Part shown: in pieces, positions 48,925-59,903 of the stretch
How positions within the stretch are numbered: the stretch's first letter is position 1
How the letters are laid out: the number at the start of each line of letters is the position of its first letter
NCBI GenBank assembly: GCA_964603995.1
Contig: CAZRXH010000003.1
Coordinates: 4,037 to 67,894 of the forward strand
Length of the DNA stretch: 63,858 bases
Origin: an uncultured Bacteroidota bacterium
Lineage (GTDB): Bacteria; Bacteroidota; Ignavibacteria; Kryptoniales; JAKASW01
Reading direction: 5' to 3'
The notes under the pieces: generated by a model
Told to the model about the DNA's origin: nothing
Seen by the model: only the letters and a program-made list of their open reading frames with translations
Databases searched by the model: none
Translations under genes and position numbers: made by a program

Positions 48925-49078
48925 TTCACCAATGTAAGATAATTGGAACCACCAAATCGACACATAAACTTCTGATCTGGTTTAATGCGAGGCTTCCTGT
49001 TTCGCATTTCTTTGAGGCGGTGAGCTGGAATGCTGCTAATCGATGAAAGGAGTTTTGCGAACTCGACAAAAGGTCGAG

Positions 49079-50533
49079 CTATCCTGCGAGAGACTTCCTC
49101 CGTCGCTTCAACACTACGACAGATATGAACACCGCTGTCAGCGCCGCATTGAGCCAGCCGAACCAGTCGCCTGTAATGGAATAGAACGTCCTTTCAGGTC
49201 CCGGGGAGACTGAACTCAGGAGCAGCACTTCGCCGGAAGATGAAGTCGATTCCTCGGCGATGATCTCTCCGCGGTAATCGCTCACGGTGAGTAGACCCTG
49301 CTGTGCGCAACGGACTATCGAGAACCCGTTTTCGACACCGCGCAGGAGCGCCATTCTCATGTGAAACTCATCGTCCACCGTGAAATCCCACGCCGGAACG
49401 AAAAGCAGGCCTACACCGCGTCTCCCGTATTGACGGGACCATGAAGGGAAATCCATGTCCTTGCAGATCTCGACACCTGCAATCGAGTGAATGAAAGGGA
49501 ATACCAAAGGTTTGTTGCCGGCGAAATACCGGGACTCGAATCCAGGGACGAGGTGACACTTATCGTAATTCAGTACGCTCCCATCCGGGAAAAAGACTGC
49601 AGCGACGTTCGTATCGAGGGAAGAGGCAATGTAGTTGAATCCGGCGACGATCACGATGCTGTCTTCACGCGCCGTCTGACGGAATATGGAGTAAGCAACC
49701 GCGTCTGTTAGAGATGTGACCGCCGCGAATTTTTCCGGAAGGACCACTACCCTTGCGCCGAACCTCGAAAGGTCGGTGACTCTCCCGGCGTACTGCCGCA
49801 TTACCTCAAGCGGTTTCTCCGGCGAGGTGGTACGGAAATATCTGATCGTCGTGTCAGATGCGGCTAATCCGACTAAGACAGGTTTCTCCACCCTCGGTTC
49901 CGCGAGACGAGCCCAGCCGAACATAAGGACGGCAGCGACAGTTGTAAGTGGAACGGCAACCGTCTTCATCACCTCCTTTCTCGAACCTTTCACGAGCCAT
50001 AAGACTGCTAACGTTGACGGTACCAGTGTCGTGATGAATGTTACTCCCCATATGCCCGTGAGCGACGCGATCTGGATGAGCGGAAGGAAGTGCGACTGTG
50101 TATACGCAAGGCTTCCCCCGGTGCCGTTGGGAGACCACAGTGAGTTGATGAACTCAAGAGTTGTCGAGACCGAGGGGAAGACGAAAACTGCCAGCCAGGG
50201 TTTCAAGACCAATGTCGCGCTGCGCGATATCGCGACAGCGAGCGAAAAGGCAAGAGCGAAAAGAATCATATAAAAGATGACAACAACAGGCGGCGCGAAG
50301 ATGAGCAGATAATTGGCAAGATTCAGCATCCCGAGAGAGTATGCCAGGAAAGAAGCAAGCAGTGCCTTGCGAAAGGAGAGGCGGTACGAAACAGCCAGAA
50401 CCGGAAGGGGGGCGAAGAAGGCGAGCGCCCCGATGCCGGTAAGGCCGATTGAGAAGTAGTAGAGCAGTCCGGACGTGACTACGGCTATCGAAACTGGAAC
50501 CCAAGGATTACTGTATCTCTGTACTGTTGTCAT
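49079..50533 (-). CDS. lnt: apolipoprotein N-acyltransferase-like protein (polytopic N-domain plus CN-hydrolase domain)
   Basis: Multi-TM N-terminus. VVVLPEK (Glu), DKCHLVPGFE (Lys), GVEICKDMDF (Cys). C-terminal TM helix. Confidence 0.7.
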   Translation of the reverse strand: MTTVQRYSNPWVPVSIAVVTSGLLYYFSIGLTGIGALAFFAPLPVLAVSYRLSFRKALLASFLAYSLGMLNLANYLLIFAPPVVVIFYMILFALAFSLAVAISRSATLVLKPWLAVFVFPSVSTTLEFINSLWSPNGTGGSLAYTQSHFLPLIQIASLTGIWGVTFITTLVPSTLAVLWLVKGSRKEVMKTVAVPLTTVAAVLMFGWARLAEPRVEKPVLVGLAASDTTIRYFRTTSPEKPLEVMRQYAGRVTDLSRFGARVVVLPEKFAAVTSLTDAVAYSIFRQTAREDSIVIVAGFNYIASSLDTNVAAVFFPDGSVLNYDKCHLVPGFESRYFAGNKPLVFPFIHSIAGVEICKDMDFPSWSRQYGRRGVGLLFVPAWDFTVDDEFHMRMALLRGVENGFSIVRCAQQGLLTVSDYRGEIIAEESTSSSGEVLLLSSVSPGPERTFYSITGDWFGWLNAALTAVFISVVVLKRRRKSLAG

Positions 50534-50628
50534 GAGGCTCGTGGTATTCGTTGAATTTAGAGCGACATAAATGAAGAGTCAAAATGTGATTGTGACAGCT
50601 CATGCCTTCGATATCTGAGCATCTACGT

Positions 50629-52011
50629 CTAGGGAGCCGCCAGCCGCTGGATTCTTTTCCAGTAGACGTAAGCCGGAATGCCCAACATTACCAGCCCTAA
50701 CCCAATCAATGAATCACGTGGGTCGGTGACGATGGTGTTGTAGACAAACCACACTGCCACGATAACGAAGATCATCGGAACAAACGGATATCCAATTGTC
50801 TTGTAAGGACGCGGTACGTCGGGACGCTTCTTCCGCAAAATGAAAATACCGAATGTGCCGAGCGCGTAAAATAGCCATGACGCAAAAATGACGTACGTGA
50901 AAAGCTGGTCGTAGGTGCCGGTGAGAGTCAGGAGAGATGCCCAGATGCCCTGGACAACAAGCGACACATGAGGCGTCTTGTATTTCGGATGGACACGCGA
51001 GATTCCTTTGAAGAACAATTTGTCTTTTGCCATCGCGAAATAAACCCGCGCCGTTGTCATGGTAGTTGCGTTGACGGTTCCGAACGACGAGACCATGACA
51101 GCGATTGCAATGAGAGCGGCGCCGTTCGTTCCGAAGAACTGCGAGATGGCATCCGATGCCACGAGCTGGGAATGCGCGATGTGCGAGACGGGGAGGACGT
51201 ACATGTAGGCAAGATTGGCGAGAACGTATATGACAATCACGGCGGATGTTCCCGCGACTAGCGCGATTGGAATATTTCTCCGAGCGTCTTTGACTTCCCC
51301 GGCAAGATAAGTCACACTATTCCAGCCGTCGTATGCCCATAGAACCGCAACGAGGGCGATGCCGAAGGCGCTGAGAAGAGAAGTACCGTGGAGAGAATTT
51401 GTGGAGAAGAACGGGCTGTACAGATGACCGGTGCGGTTTCCGAAGACAAAGCACGTGAACACGATACCTGCAATGGCGAGCACTTTCAGCCCGGTGAAGA
51501 GCTGCTGCACAAACCCGCCAAGCTGCACGCCGAGGTAATTGACGCCGGTAACGAAGACGATTGCTCCGATTGCAACCAATTTTATCCCGACTTCGGGCAT
51601 CACGAAGAGCCCGAAATTTACCTGGAAAGTGTTCAGCCCGGGAAAGAAGAAACCGAGATACTTCGCGAATGCAACGGCAATCGCCGCGATTGAGCCTGTC
51701 TGATAGACGATGAACGTTGTCCAGCCATAGAGGAATGCAGGGAAGTCGCCGTAGATTTCCCGGAAGTAAACGTACTGCCCGCCCGCCGCAGGGATCATTC
51801 CGGCAATCTCGGCATTTGTGAGTGCACCCGCGAGCGAGAGGAGACCGCCGAATATCCAGACGGCTATGATCCATCCTGCGTCGCCCAGCGTCAGTGCGAT
51901 CTCTTGGGGTACGAGAAAAATCCCCGACCCGATAACCGTTCCTATCACAACCGCTATCGCAGTGGAGAGCCCCAGGCGCCGCGCCAGTTCGGGATTTTCA
52001 GCTTTACTCAT
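50629..52011 (-). CDS. APC-superfamily amino acid permease
   Basis: AIAVVIGTVIGSGIF..P and NAEIAGMIP.AGG.Y.Y motifs; about 12 TM; 460 aa. Confidence 0.9.
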   Translation of the reverse strand: MSKAENPELARRLGLSTAIAVVIGTVIGSGIFLVPQEIALTLGDAGWIIAVWIFGGLLSLAGALTNAEIAGMIPAAGGQYVYFREIYGDFPAFLYGWTTFIVYQTGSIAAIAVAFAKYLGFFFPGLNTFQVNFGLFVMPEVGIKLVAIGAIVFVTGVNYLGVQLGGFVQQLFTGLKVLAIAGIVFTCFVFGNRTGHLYSPFFSTNSLHGTSLLSAFGIALVAVLWAYDGWNSVTYLAGEVKDARRNIPIALVAGTSAVIVIYVLANLAYMYVLPVSHIAHSQLVASDAISQFFGTNGAALIAIAVMVSSFGTVNATTMTTARVYFAMAKDKLFFKGISRVHPKYKTPHVSLVVQGIWASLLTLTGTYDQLFTYVIFASWLFYALGTFGIFILRKKRPDVPRPYKTIGYPFVPMIFVIVAVWFVYNTIVTDPRDSLIGLGLVMLGIPAYVYWKRIQRLAAP

Positions 52012-52134
52012 GAAGCGAAGCTCGCAGCTGGGGTACGAAGATGCAAAGCGTCAATTGGGAATGCGATGTATCGTTCTTGTGTCGGCACGTTTATGGAAAT
52101 TCAAGTATGACTGGCTGTGCCTTGTGAATCGAAT

Positions 52135-52410
52135 TCATTGACCCAACAATCCGCCAAGGCGTGATTTGATGAACTCATTATTCTGGTATTCCGCCATTCT
52201 GTAGAATTGTGGTTTCGACATCGGGGCCCCCGTCACTCTGGATACTTCAATCCTCCTCACCCCCGGCATTTTTCTCACAAGAGGGAGATGGACCGCTTCA
52301 TAGTGCTCTTCGAATGAGATTGCATCTGCGGGCTCCTTGAACATCGCGACTAGCTTCACCACGGTCTGCTCCTCGAATTGGTTTTGAGAATATAGTTTTC
52401 CTGTTGTCAA
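52135..52410 (-). CDS. EthD-family protein
   Basis: VKLVAMFKEPADAISFEEHYEAVHLPLVRKMPGVRRIEVSRV matches the EthD (TIGR02118-like) pattern. The start is probably internal (a V codon before KLVAMF). Confidence 0.65.
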   Translation of the reverse strand: MTTGKLYSQNQFEEQTVVKLVAMFKEPADAISFEEHYEAVHLPLVRKMPGVRRIEVSRVTGAPMSKPQFYRMAEYQNNEFIKSRLGGLLGQ

Positions 52411-52689
52411 AACTCAAAAGTTGAGATTCAATCGCAACCTTTGATCCCGCCAAACATCTGAAGGTCAGTGAAGGCACGACATTACGGCATCTAACTGATC
52501 CTTGATTCCCCACCTACGTGAAGAACTCTTCGGCGGGCGAGCACCGATCCAACAATTCATGAGTCCACTGATCCGTTCCTCCAACAATTCGCTGGTCCGA
52601 TATCCCAATATTCCGACATCCCGTTGTTCTCTTTCCCATTCTTTGATTTTTACGCCCTCGTTGTTTAGATTTCTTAAAATGAGAACCGA

Positions 52690-53046
52690 ATGCTGACAGA
52701 TTACGTACCTATCTTTCTTATTCTTGCCGTAGCTGCCCTTCTCGGAGTTGTCATGGGCAACATAAATCGCATCCTTGGTCCGAGGCGTCCCACTTCTGAA
52801 AAGCTCTCGACATACGAAAGCGGAATGGAGCCGATTAGGACCGCTCGCGAAAGATTCTCGGTACGGTTTTACCTCGTCGCGATACTATTCATTCTTTTCG
52901 ACGTGGAAATTGTTTTCATGTATCCCTGGGCGGTGAACTTTTTATCGTTGGGATGGTTTGGGTTTGTTGAGATGTTGATATTCATTGTCATACTATTGGT
53001 TGGATACTATTACGTGATTAAGAAAGGAGCCCTGCAGTGGCAGTAA
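52690..53046 (+). CDS. nuoA: NADH-quinone oxidoreductase subunit A
   Basis: YESGMEP and [12 protein letters not shown] motifs. Confidence 0.95.
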   Translation: MLTDYVPIFLILAVAALLGVVMGNINRILGPRRPTSEKLSTYESGMEPIRTARERFSVRFYLVAILFILFDVEIVFMYPWAVNFLSLGWFGFVEMLIFIVILLVGYYYVIKKGALQWQ

Positions 53047-53546
53047 ATAGAAGTAACGAGAGTGAAGGCTTCCTGACCAGTCGTGTTGATTCCCTTTTCA
53101 ACTGGTCATTGAAGAATTCTCTCTGGCCTATGCCGCTCGGCATCTCCTGCTGTGCAATTGAGATGATGGCGTTTGCCGGTCCGCGTTTCGACGTGAGTCG
53201 TTTTGGCGCAGAGGTGTTCAGGTTCTCTCCGCGTCAGAGCGATCTCCTCATCGTTGCAGGAACGACCACATATAAAATGGCGAAGGTAGTTCGGAAGATT
53301 TACGATCAAATGCCCGATCCCAAGTGGGTGATTTCGATGGGCGTCTGCGCATCGAGCGGTGGAATGTACCGCTCTTATTCGGTTGTGCAGGGGATTGACC
53401 AGTTCGTACCCGTTGATGTCTACGTCGGCGGTTGTCCCCCGAGGCCTGATTCGCTTCTGAAAGCGTTGATGGAGATTCAGAAAAGGATCCAGGCGGGCGA
53501 GACCCGAACACAGCAGCGCCAGCTTGAAAAAGTAGTGGTGGAATAA
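53037..53546 (+). CDS. nuoB: NADH-quinone oxidoreductase subunit B
   Basis: [24 protein letters not shown] and GCPPRP motifs. Confidence 0.95.
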   Translation: MAVNRSNESEGFLTSRVDSLFNWSLKNSLWPMPLGISCCAIEMMAFAGPRFDVSRFGAEVFRFSPRQSDLLIVAGTTTYKMAKVVRKIYDQMPDPKWVISMGVCASSGGMYRSYSVVQGIDQFVPVDVYVGGCPPRPDSLLKALMEIQKRIQAGETRTQQRQLEKVVVE

Positions 53547-53552
53547 AGCCAG

Positions 53553-54104
53553 ATGATAGAGAAAATTGAAGAGAAGCTCCGGGCCTCTTTCGGAGAGAGT
53601 ATAATCTCCGTATCGGAATTCAAAGGTCAGATCTCCGTTGAGGTGAGACGAGATCGTATCGTCGATCTGTGCAGATTCTTGAAAGAGGAACCGGAATTCC
53701 AGTTTGATTTCCTCGCGGATATCTGTGGAGCGGACATGTTGGATTTTGAAGACGCATCGTCGAGGAAGGCGTACCTTGCGATCGAACACCAACTCCGTCC
53801 CGCCGAGGTGCCGGTCGAGGAGAGATATCTTGTCATCTATAATATGATATCACTTAAGAACAAGGCGAGGCTGAGACTGAAGGTCAAGGTCGACGGCGAA
53901 AATCCCGTTTGTCCGAGCGTAACGTCGGTTTACCCTGCCGCTAACTGGTACGAAAGGGAGACTTTTGACATGTTCGGGATAACATTTGAAGGCCATCCTG
54001 ACATGAGAAGAATGTACATGCCGGAAGATTATGAGTACTATCCGTTGCGAAAGGACTTTCCACTGATGGGTATTCCTGGTTCCATTCCCCTTCCGAGAAA
54101 ATAG
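53553..54104 (+). CDS. nuoC: NADH-quinone oxidoreductase subunit C
   Basis: PAANWYERETFDMFGI.FEGHPD.RR motif. Confidence 0.9.
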   Translation: MIEKIEEKLRASFGESIISVSEFKGQISVEVRRDRIVDLCRFLKEEPEFQFDFLADICGADMLDFEDASSRKAYLAIEHQLRPAEVPVEERYLVIYNMISLKNKARLRLKVKVDGENPVCPSVTSVYPAANWYERETFDMFGITFEGHPDMRRMYMPEDYEYYPLRKDFPLMGIPGSIPLPRK

Positions 54105-54122
54105 GAGCCTTTGGTCTCTGGA

Positions 54123-54152
54123 TTGAGAATTCAAAGTTCAAGGTTGAGAATT
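54123..54152. repeat. 9-bp direct repeat TTGAGAATT x2 with a 21-bp offset in the nuoC-nuoD spacer
   Basis: Copies at 54123-54131 and 54144-54152, read directly. Confidence 0.6.
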
Positions 54153-54157
54153 TCTTA

Positions 54158-55414
54158 ATGGCTAATTCATTACACGACAAAGACGAAGTCGCCCAGATTG
54201 TACAGGCGCTTGAAGATAAAGACACGAGCGTAACGCTCGAGGATCCTCTTGAGAACTACATGGTTCTCAACATGGGACCGCAACACCCTGCAACTCACGG
54301 CGTACTGAGGCTCCTGCTCAAGCTTGACGGAGAGACAGTCGTGGATTGTATCCCGGAGCTTGGCTATCTCCACCGGGGATATGAGAAGATCGCTGAAGCT
54401 TCGACCTACATGGAGTTTATTCCTCACACCGACAGGCTCGACTATATTTCTCCGGTTGCCAACAACGTGGCATATGCACTTGCCGTCGAGAAGATTGCCG
54501 GAGTTGAGGCGCCTCCGCGCGCGCAGTACATAAGGGTCATCGGGGCTGAACTCGCCAGGATCTCTTCCCACCTGATGGCCATCGGCGCAATGGCAATGGA
54601 CGTCGGTGCGATGACTGTTTTCCTCTGGGCTTTCAGAGAGAGGGAGAAACTGTACGACGTGTTCGATCTTCTGACGGGCGTACGGTTTACGACGAGCTAC
54701 ACGAGAATCGGCGGCGTTGCACAGGACATGACCGACGAAACGAAGCAGGCCATAACGAAATTTATCGACGACTTCCCGACGTATCACGCCGACATTATGA
54801 AAATGCTCAACAAGAACAGAATATTCCTGGACAGGGTGGCGGGCGTAGGATCGATAGACGCTGAAACTGCTATCGAACTTGGTTTCAGCGGGGCCAATCT
54901 GCGCGGCTGCGGTGTTGAGCACGACATCCGCACGTTTTCTCCGTATCTCGTGTACGATCAGCTTTCGTTCGATGTGATAACGGAAAAGGGCGGCGACTGC
55001 TTTGCGCGATACATGGTCAGGATGCGCGAAATGCTTGAGAGCGTCAAGATAATCCGACAGGCCCTGGAGAAGATCCCGCAGGGCCCGACAAAGGCTGATA
55101 TGCCGAAGCGAGTCCTACCGAAGAAAGAACGTGTCTATGGCAAGATGGAAGAGCTCATACACGACTTTGTAATCGTGAACGACGGAGTTCATCCGGACGT
55201 AGGAGATAGCTATGTCGCGACCGAAGGCTCCAAAGGTGAACTCGGTTTTTACATCATCAGCGACGGAAGCGGCCACCCGTGGAGGCTGAAGATTCGATCC
55301 CCCTCATTCTGTAGCCTGCAGGCTCTTCCCGTCCTGCTGAAAGGGCAGATGATCTCGGACGTTGTCGCGATCATTGGAAGCATCGACCCGATAATGGGAG
55401 AAGCGGACAAATAG
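54158..55414 (+). CDS. nuoD: NADH-quinone oxidoreductase subunit D
   Basis: MGPQHPATHGVLRL, GYLHRG.EK and IGSIDPIMGE.DK motifs. Confidence 0.95.
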   Translation: MANSLHDKDEVAQIVQALEDKDTSVTLEDPLENYMVLNMGPQHPATHGVLRLLLKLDGETVVDCIPELGYLHRGYEKIAEASTYMEFIPHTDRLDYISPVANNVAYALAVEKIAGVEAPPRAQYIRVIGAELARISSHLMAIGAMAMDVGAMTVFLWAFREREKLYDVFDLLTGVRFTTSYTRIGGVAQDMTDETKQAITKFIDDFPTYHADIMKMLNKNRIFLDRVAGVGSIDAETAIELGFSGANLRGCGVEHDIRTFSPYLVYDQLSFDVITEKGGDCFARYMVRMREMLESVKIIRQALEKIPQGPTKADMPKRVLPKKERVYGKMEELIHDFVIVNDGVHPDVGDSYVATEGSKGELGFYIISDGSGHPWRLKIRSPSFCSLQALPVLLKGQMISDVVAIIGSIDPIMGEADK

Positions 55415-55544
55415 AATCTCGGATTATGAATTCTAAATTTCGAATTGCGAAAGTCAGTCGACTCCTTACTGAACGAAACTTATGAGGTTCATCGTCCGCT
55501 CGCTGAATTCAAAATCAAAAATTAAGAGCTGAGAATTAACTACA

Positions 55545-56024
55545 GTGTTCACTGAAGAAAATCTTCGAAAAGTAGAGGAACTCAAGAAGAGTTATCCGAA
55601 ACCCATGGCGGCGCTTCTGCCGGTGCTTTGGCTGGCACAGGAGCAGTTCGGGTGGATCTCCGACGAGACCATGCATTATGTCGCAGGTCTCCTCGATTTG
55701 CCGTACAATCACGTGCTTGGTGTCGTGACATTTTATACGATGTACAACCAGAGGCCGGTGGGTAGATATCATATCCAGGTTTGCGCGAATGTCTCGTGTA
55801 TGCTGCGCGGTTCGGACAACCTCATTGAACATCTGGAACACAGGCTGGGCGTGAGGGTGGGCGAGACCACTCCCGACAGACTGTTCACATTGAGCGAAGT
55901 CGAATGCCTCGGTTCATGCGGGACCGCTCCAATGATGCAGGTGAACAACGACTACTACGAAGATCTGTCTGTAGAGAAGATTGATAACCTAATCGAAGAA
56001 TTCAGGAAGCAGGCTCAACAATAA
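55545..56024 (+). CDS. nuoE: NADH-quinone oxidoreductase subunit E
   Basis: VC.N.SC...G and [15 protein letters not shown] (2Fe-2S cysteines). GTG start. Confidence 0.9.
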   Translation: MFTEENLRKVEELKKSYPKPMAALLPVLWLAQEQFGWISDETMHYVAGLLDLPYNHVLGVVTFYTMYNQRPVGRYHIQVCANVSCMLRGSDNLIEHLEHRLGVRVGETTPDRLFTLSEVECLGSCGTAPMMQVNNDYYEDLSVEKIDNLIEEFRKQAQQ

Positions 56025-57328
56025 TGTCCGAATCGACCACCAAACTCTACGCGCAAAACGGGGATCCGGCTTTTCCGAAAATTGTTCTGCCTGAGATACC
56101 CGATCTGGCACAAATCGAAGTCTATGAAAGCAACGGTGGCTATGGCGCTTTGAAGAAAGCAGCAGGGATGCAACCGGAAGCCGTGACGGACGAGGTCAAG
56201 AAGTCAGGTCTCCGCGGACGAGGTGGAGCAGGATTCCCCACCGGATTGAAGTGGACCTTCATGCCGAAGGGAAACGATAAGCCGAAGTATCTCGCGGTGA
56301 ACGCTGACGAAAGCGAGCCCGGCTCTTTCAAGGACAGACAAATCCTGGAATTCAACCCTCACCAACTCATAGAGGGAGTCTTGATCGCATCTTACGCCAT
56401 GGGAGTAAAGACAGCATACATCTACATTCGTGGCGAATATTATAAATGGTTTAAGATCCTCGAGAAGGCCGTTGCTGAAGCATATTCACACGGTTATATC
56501 GGAGAGAACATACTGGGCTCAAATTACTCGGTGAACCTTTATGTCCATCGTGGCGCCGGCGCCTATATTTGCGGGGAGGAGTCGGGTTTGATGGAGTCGA
56601 TCGAAGGGAAGCGTGGCTATCCAAGAGTGAAGCCGCCGTTTCCGGCACAGAACGGACTCTGGGGAAATCCGACAACGATCAACAATGTCGAAACCCTCGC
56701 CAATGTCCCGGCGATTATCTGGAACGGGGCCGAGTGGTTCTCAAAGATCGGCGCACCGAAGCATCCGGGTACACTCCTGTTTGGAGTCAGCGGACACGTG
56801 AACAAGCCGGGTGTCTATGAGCTTCCGTCCGGCACTCTCTTGACGGACATTATTTACAATTATGCCGGCGGCATACCCGGCGACAAGAAGATTAAGATGG
56901 TTATTCCTGGCGGGAGTTCGATGCCCCCGCTGAGAGGAGATCAGTTGGAAGGGGTCAGGATGGACGCTGATTCGCTGAAGGCGGTGGGAAGCGCGATCGG
57001 TACCGGCGGCGTTATCGTGATGGATGAAGACACCAATCTGACAAAAGTCCTTCTCAGGGTAACAAAGTTTTACTGGCACGAGTCATGCGGCCAGTGCACG
57101 CCATGCCGCGAGGGCACAGGATGGATGAAGAAGATATTGCAGAGGATGAGCGAGGGAGGCGGTAAGCCGGAAGATCTCGATCTCCTGGTTCGCGTCGCGA
57201 ACAACATCGAGGGCAACACTATTTGCGCGCTGGGTGACGCGGCTGCGTGGCCGGTCAAGTTCACTATCCAACGTTTCAGGAAGGAACTTGAAGAGGAAAT
57301 TTTGAGGCAGGAGAAAAACGCCGCTTAG
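56024..57328 (+). CDS. nuoF: NADH-quinone oxidoreductase subunit F
   Basis: [25 protein letters not shown] and [12 protein letters not shown] motifs. Confidence 0.95.
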   Translation: MSESTTKLYAQNGDPAFPKIVLPEIPDLAQIEVYESNGGYGALKKAAGMQPEAVTDEVKKSGLRGRGGAGFPTGLKWTFMPKGNDKPKYLAVNADESEPGSFKDRQILEFNPHQLIEGVLIASYAMGVKTAYIYIRGEYYKWFKILEKAVAEAYSHGYIGENILGSNYSVNLYVHRGAGAYICGEESGLMESIEGKRGYPRVKPPFPAQNGLWGNPTTINNVETLANVPAIIWNGAEWFSKIGAPKHPGTLLFGVSGHVNKPGVYELPSGTLLTDIIYNYAGGIPGDKKIKMVIPGGSSMPPLRGDQLEGVRMDADSLKAVGSAIGTGGVIVMDEDTNLTKVLLRVTKFYWHESCGQCTPCREGTGWMKKILQRMSEGGGKPEDLDLLVRVANNIEGNTICALGDAAAWPVKFTIQRFRKELEEEILRQEKNAA

Positions 57329-57438
57329 GATTTTCCTTTGGGCACGACGGTCTCCGCCGTCAACACAAGTGTGAGTTGCTGGTTCAGGTCGTTTCAGGTC
57401 CTGTATTTTTGAACAACTTCTTGTACCCAGGGAGCAGT

Positions 57439-57891
57439 GTGGACAAAATCTCCGTAAGAATCTTCAGGGTTTCGGCCGAGTTCGGCGATCTCCCTCTTCC
57501 TTCCTATATGACAGAAGGCTCTGCAGGTATGGACCTGCACGCTGCGGTGAGTGAACCTCTTGTCATTGATCCGATGTCAACTTCACTTGTTCCGACGAAT
57601 CTTAAGATTGAGCTCCCGGTCGGTTTCGAGGCTCAGATAAGGCCGAGGAGCGGGCTGGCCTTCCGTGAGAAGATAATGCTCCCGAATTCGCCCGGCACAA
57701 TCGACTCCGATTACCGCGGAGAGATAAAGGTTATCATGCTCAACCTCGGCACCGAGCCGTTCATTGTCAATCGCGGCGATAGGATCGCGCAGATGGTGAT
57801 ATCGAAATATGCCCGAGTAAACTGGGAGGAATCCGCCTCGCTGGGTGAGACTGCCCGTGGCGAAGGAGGATTCGGATCGACTGGGAAATGA
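57439..57891 (+). CDS. dut: dUTP diphosphatase
   Basis: [24 protein letters not shown] and GFGSTG motifs. GTG at 57439 with GGAG upstream. The tracked ORF starts at 57376. Confidence 0.9.
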   Translation: MDKISVRIFRVSAEFGDLPLPSYMTEGSAGMDLHAAVSEPLVIDPMSTSLVPTNLKIELPVGFEAQIRPRSGLAFREKIMLPNSPGTIDSDYRGEIKVIMLNLGTEPFIVNRGDRIAQMVISKYARVNWEESASLGETARGEGGFGSTGK

Positions 57892-58628
57892 CCACGGTCC
57901 TAGCGTACCACAAAGTCGACGACAGGTTCGAGCTTGGATTCACGAACGTTCCACCGAAGTCATTCCGGAAGCAACTCACTGCAGTCGCGGCGCAAGGCTA
58001 CAGGATTATGTGTGATTTGGAACCAGCCCGTTCCGGCAAGAGTGTCTGCCTGACGTTCGACGACGGCTATGATTGCTTCTACAGAAATGTCGTCCCAACT
58101 CTCGATTCTCTTGGAGCCAAAGCTATCGTATTCGTTATCACGGACTTCATCGGAAAAACGAATAGCTGGGATGTCCGATTGTCACTTCGGCCTTTCAAAC
58201 ATATGAACGTGGAACAGATCAGAGAGGTGGCGAATCTAGGTTACGAGGTTGGAAGCCATACGCGTTCACACAGAGACTTGACCCGACTAACACCTGACGG
58301 GTTGAAGAAAGAACTCGTGGAATCAAAGCGAACCCTCGAAGATCTCACAGGCACGGAAGTGGATGCCTTCTCCTTTCCGTTCGGAAGGTACAATCGACCC
58401 GTGGCGGAAGCGGCATTTGCTGCAGGATACAGAAAGCTGTTCGGACTGGGATCGGCGTCGCGTGAGGGGGTTGTGCCGAGGATGCCGGTTTACAGAATTG
58501 ACTCCACCGCAGCTGTCCTAAGAAAGCTGGAACTCAACCGAGTGGAAATCATGAAGAGTGATTTTATTCATTCTTTTGCAAATATTTCAGCGTTATTATC
58601 TGTGAGAGAATCGCGCAAAACGGTTTAA
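57888..58628 (+). CDS. polysaccharide deacetylase (CE4 / NodB homology domain)
   Basis: LTFDDGYD and GSHTRSH motifs; 246 aa. Confidence 0.85.
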   Translation: MTTVLAYHKVDDRFELGFTNVPPKSFRKQLTAVAAQGYRIMCDLEPARSGKSVCLTFDDGYDCFYRNVVPTLDSLGAKAIVFVITDFIGKTNSWDVRLSLRPFKHMNVEQIREVANLGYEVGSHTRSHRDLTRLTPDGLKKELVESKRTLEDLTGTEVDAFSFPFGRYNRPVAEAAFAAGYRKLFGLGSASREGVVPRMPVYRIDSTAAVLRKLELNRVEIMKSDFIHSFANISALLSVRESRKTV

Positions 58629-58646
58629 AATGAAAGATTAGACGAC

Positions 58647-59903
58647 ATGTCGCTGCAGGAGGAAGAGGTAGAATCAGGTCAGAAGAGGAAGCCGGAGGTC
58701 AGCACACTGTCTGAGTTGCTTTCGGGACGCCGAGAATGGCTGCTTCTGGCAGTGGCGCTCCTTCTGATGATTGTTTTGGGTTATACGGTCAGAGAGATAT
58801 TCAGCCCTATCCTGGTCTTCGTGGTATTTCTCGTCGCGACTTATCCGCTGAGGCATGAGGTAATTGTGCGCCACCTCATTCTTGTCGCGACGTTGGTTTT
58901 CGGCGTGTGGTTTTTTGTAGAGGTTGCGGGAGCGGTGCTTCCATTCGTGATCGCCTTTCTCATAAGTTTCATTTTTTCCCCCGTTGTAGAATCGCTGGCG
59001 CGCAAGAGAATCCCAAGGCCGCTCTCGATCATCGCGATACTTCTCACACTGCTTGGTGGGGTAGTGACACTCTCCATTGTGATCTTGCCGATGGTGTTTC
59101 AGCAGTTCCAGAATTTTCTGACATCTATCCCGACGCTAACGAGCGAGGTCAGCAATTCCCTGAATAGTCTTATCAACCGTGGTTTCCTTGGTTTCACACC
59201 TGAAAACCAGAACCTGCAACAAGCCGTGATCGGAGAGATTTCGGCGCGGATCGAGGATGTCACTCGTGCGATCCCTAACGGCATACTCAGCTTCGTGGCA
59301 CAGGCGGCATCTGCCCTGACGAAGATGCTCAACCTCGTGCTCGTGCCATTTCTGAGTTTCTATGTCATGAAAGATTTCGAGCTGATTAAACACAGAGTGA
59401 AGATGCTGTTCCCGCGTCGCTACAGGCAGCGCGCTTCCGACATATACGGCATAATGGATGAGATCCTCGGCAGCTACCTGCGAGGAGCGCTGACTGTCGC
59501 ATTCATAAACTCGATTGTGATTTCCTCGCTGATGTCGATATGGGGAGTCAAGTATCCGCTCGTGATAGGATTGATCTCCGGGCTGCTTGATATGATTCCA
59601 TATTTCGGAATCATAATCAGCATGTCGGTGGCGGTACTCATAGCGCTGTTTGGCGACAGCCCTGGTTTCCAGGTCGCTATGGTTGTTGTATCTTTCCTCG
59701 GCATGAATCTGACCGAGACCGCGATTCTGTACCCGAAGATCATCGGCTCAAAGATTGGTGTACATCCGGTTCTCTTGATACTCGCCTTGCTCGTGTTCGG
59801 CTACTTCATGGGATTCCTCGGCCTGCTTATAGCGGTACCGACGACCGCGATACTGATCGGGCTCAGAAAATACTACGAAAGAAATATCAGGCCTGCGCAT
59901 TGA
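58647..59903 (+). CDS. AI-2E family transporter (PerM/YhhT, UPF0118)
   Basis: Polytopic membrane protein with the family's typical topology and LLDMIPYFG motif. Confidence 0.8.
   Translation: MSLQEEEVESGQKRKPEVSTLSELLSGRREWLLLAVALLLMIVLGYTVREIFSPILVFVVFLVATYPLRHEVIVRHLILVATLVFGVWFFVEVAGAVLPFVIAFLISFIFSPVVESLARKRIPRPLSIIAILLTLLGGVVTLSIVILPMVFQQFQNFLTSIPTLTSEVSNSLNSLINRGFLGFTPENQNLQQAVIGEISARIEDVTRAIPNGILSFVAQAASALTKMLNLVLVPFLSFYVMKDFELIKHRVKMLFPRRYRQRASDIYGIMDEILGSYLRGALTVAFINSIVISSLMSIWGVKYPLVIGLISGLLDMIPYFGIIISMSVAVLIALFGDSPGFQVAMVVVSFLGMNLTETAILYPKIIGSKIGVHPVLLILALLVFGYFMGFLGLLIAVPTTAILIGLRKYYERNIRPAH

Noticed and set aside
52135-52410. Possible C-terminal truncation of the EthD-family gene
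   Set aside because: The protein ends about 15-20 aa earlier than I remember for the family. However, no continuing homology was visible in the other frames downstream and no homopolymer sits at the stop, so there is insufficient evidence for a frameshift.
53106-54922. Two long minus-strand ORFs (53106..53792 and 54170..54922)
   Set aside because: Antisense to nuoB/nuoC and nuoD respectively, all of which carry diagnostic motifs.
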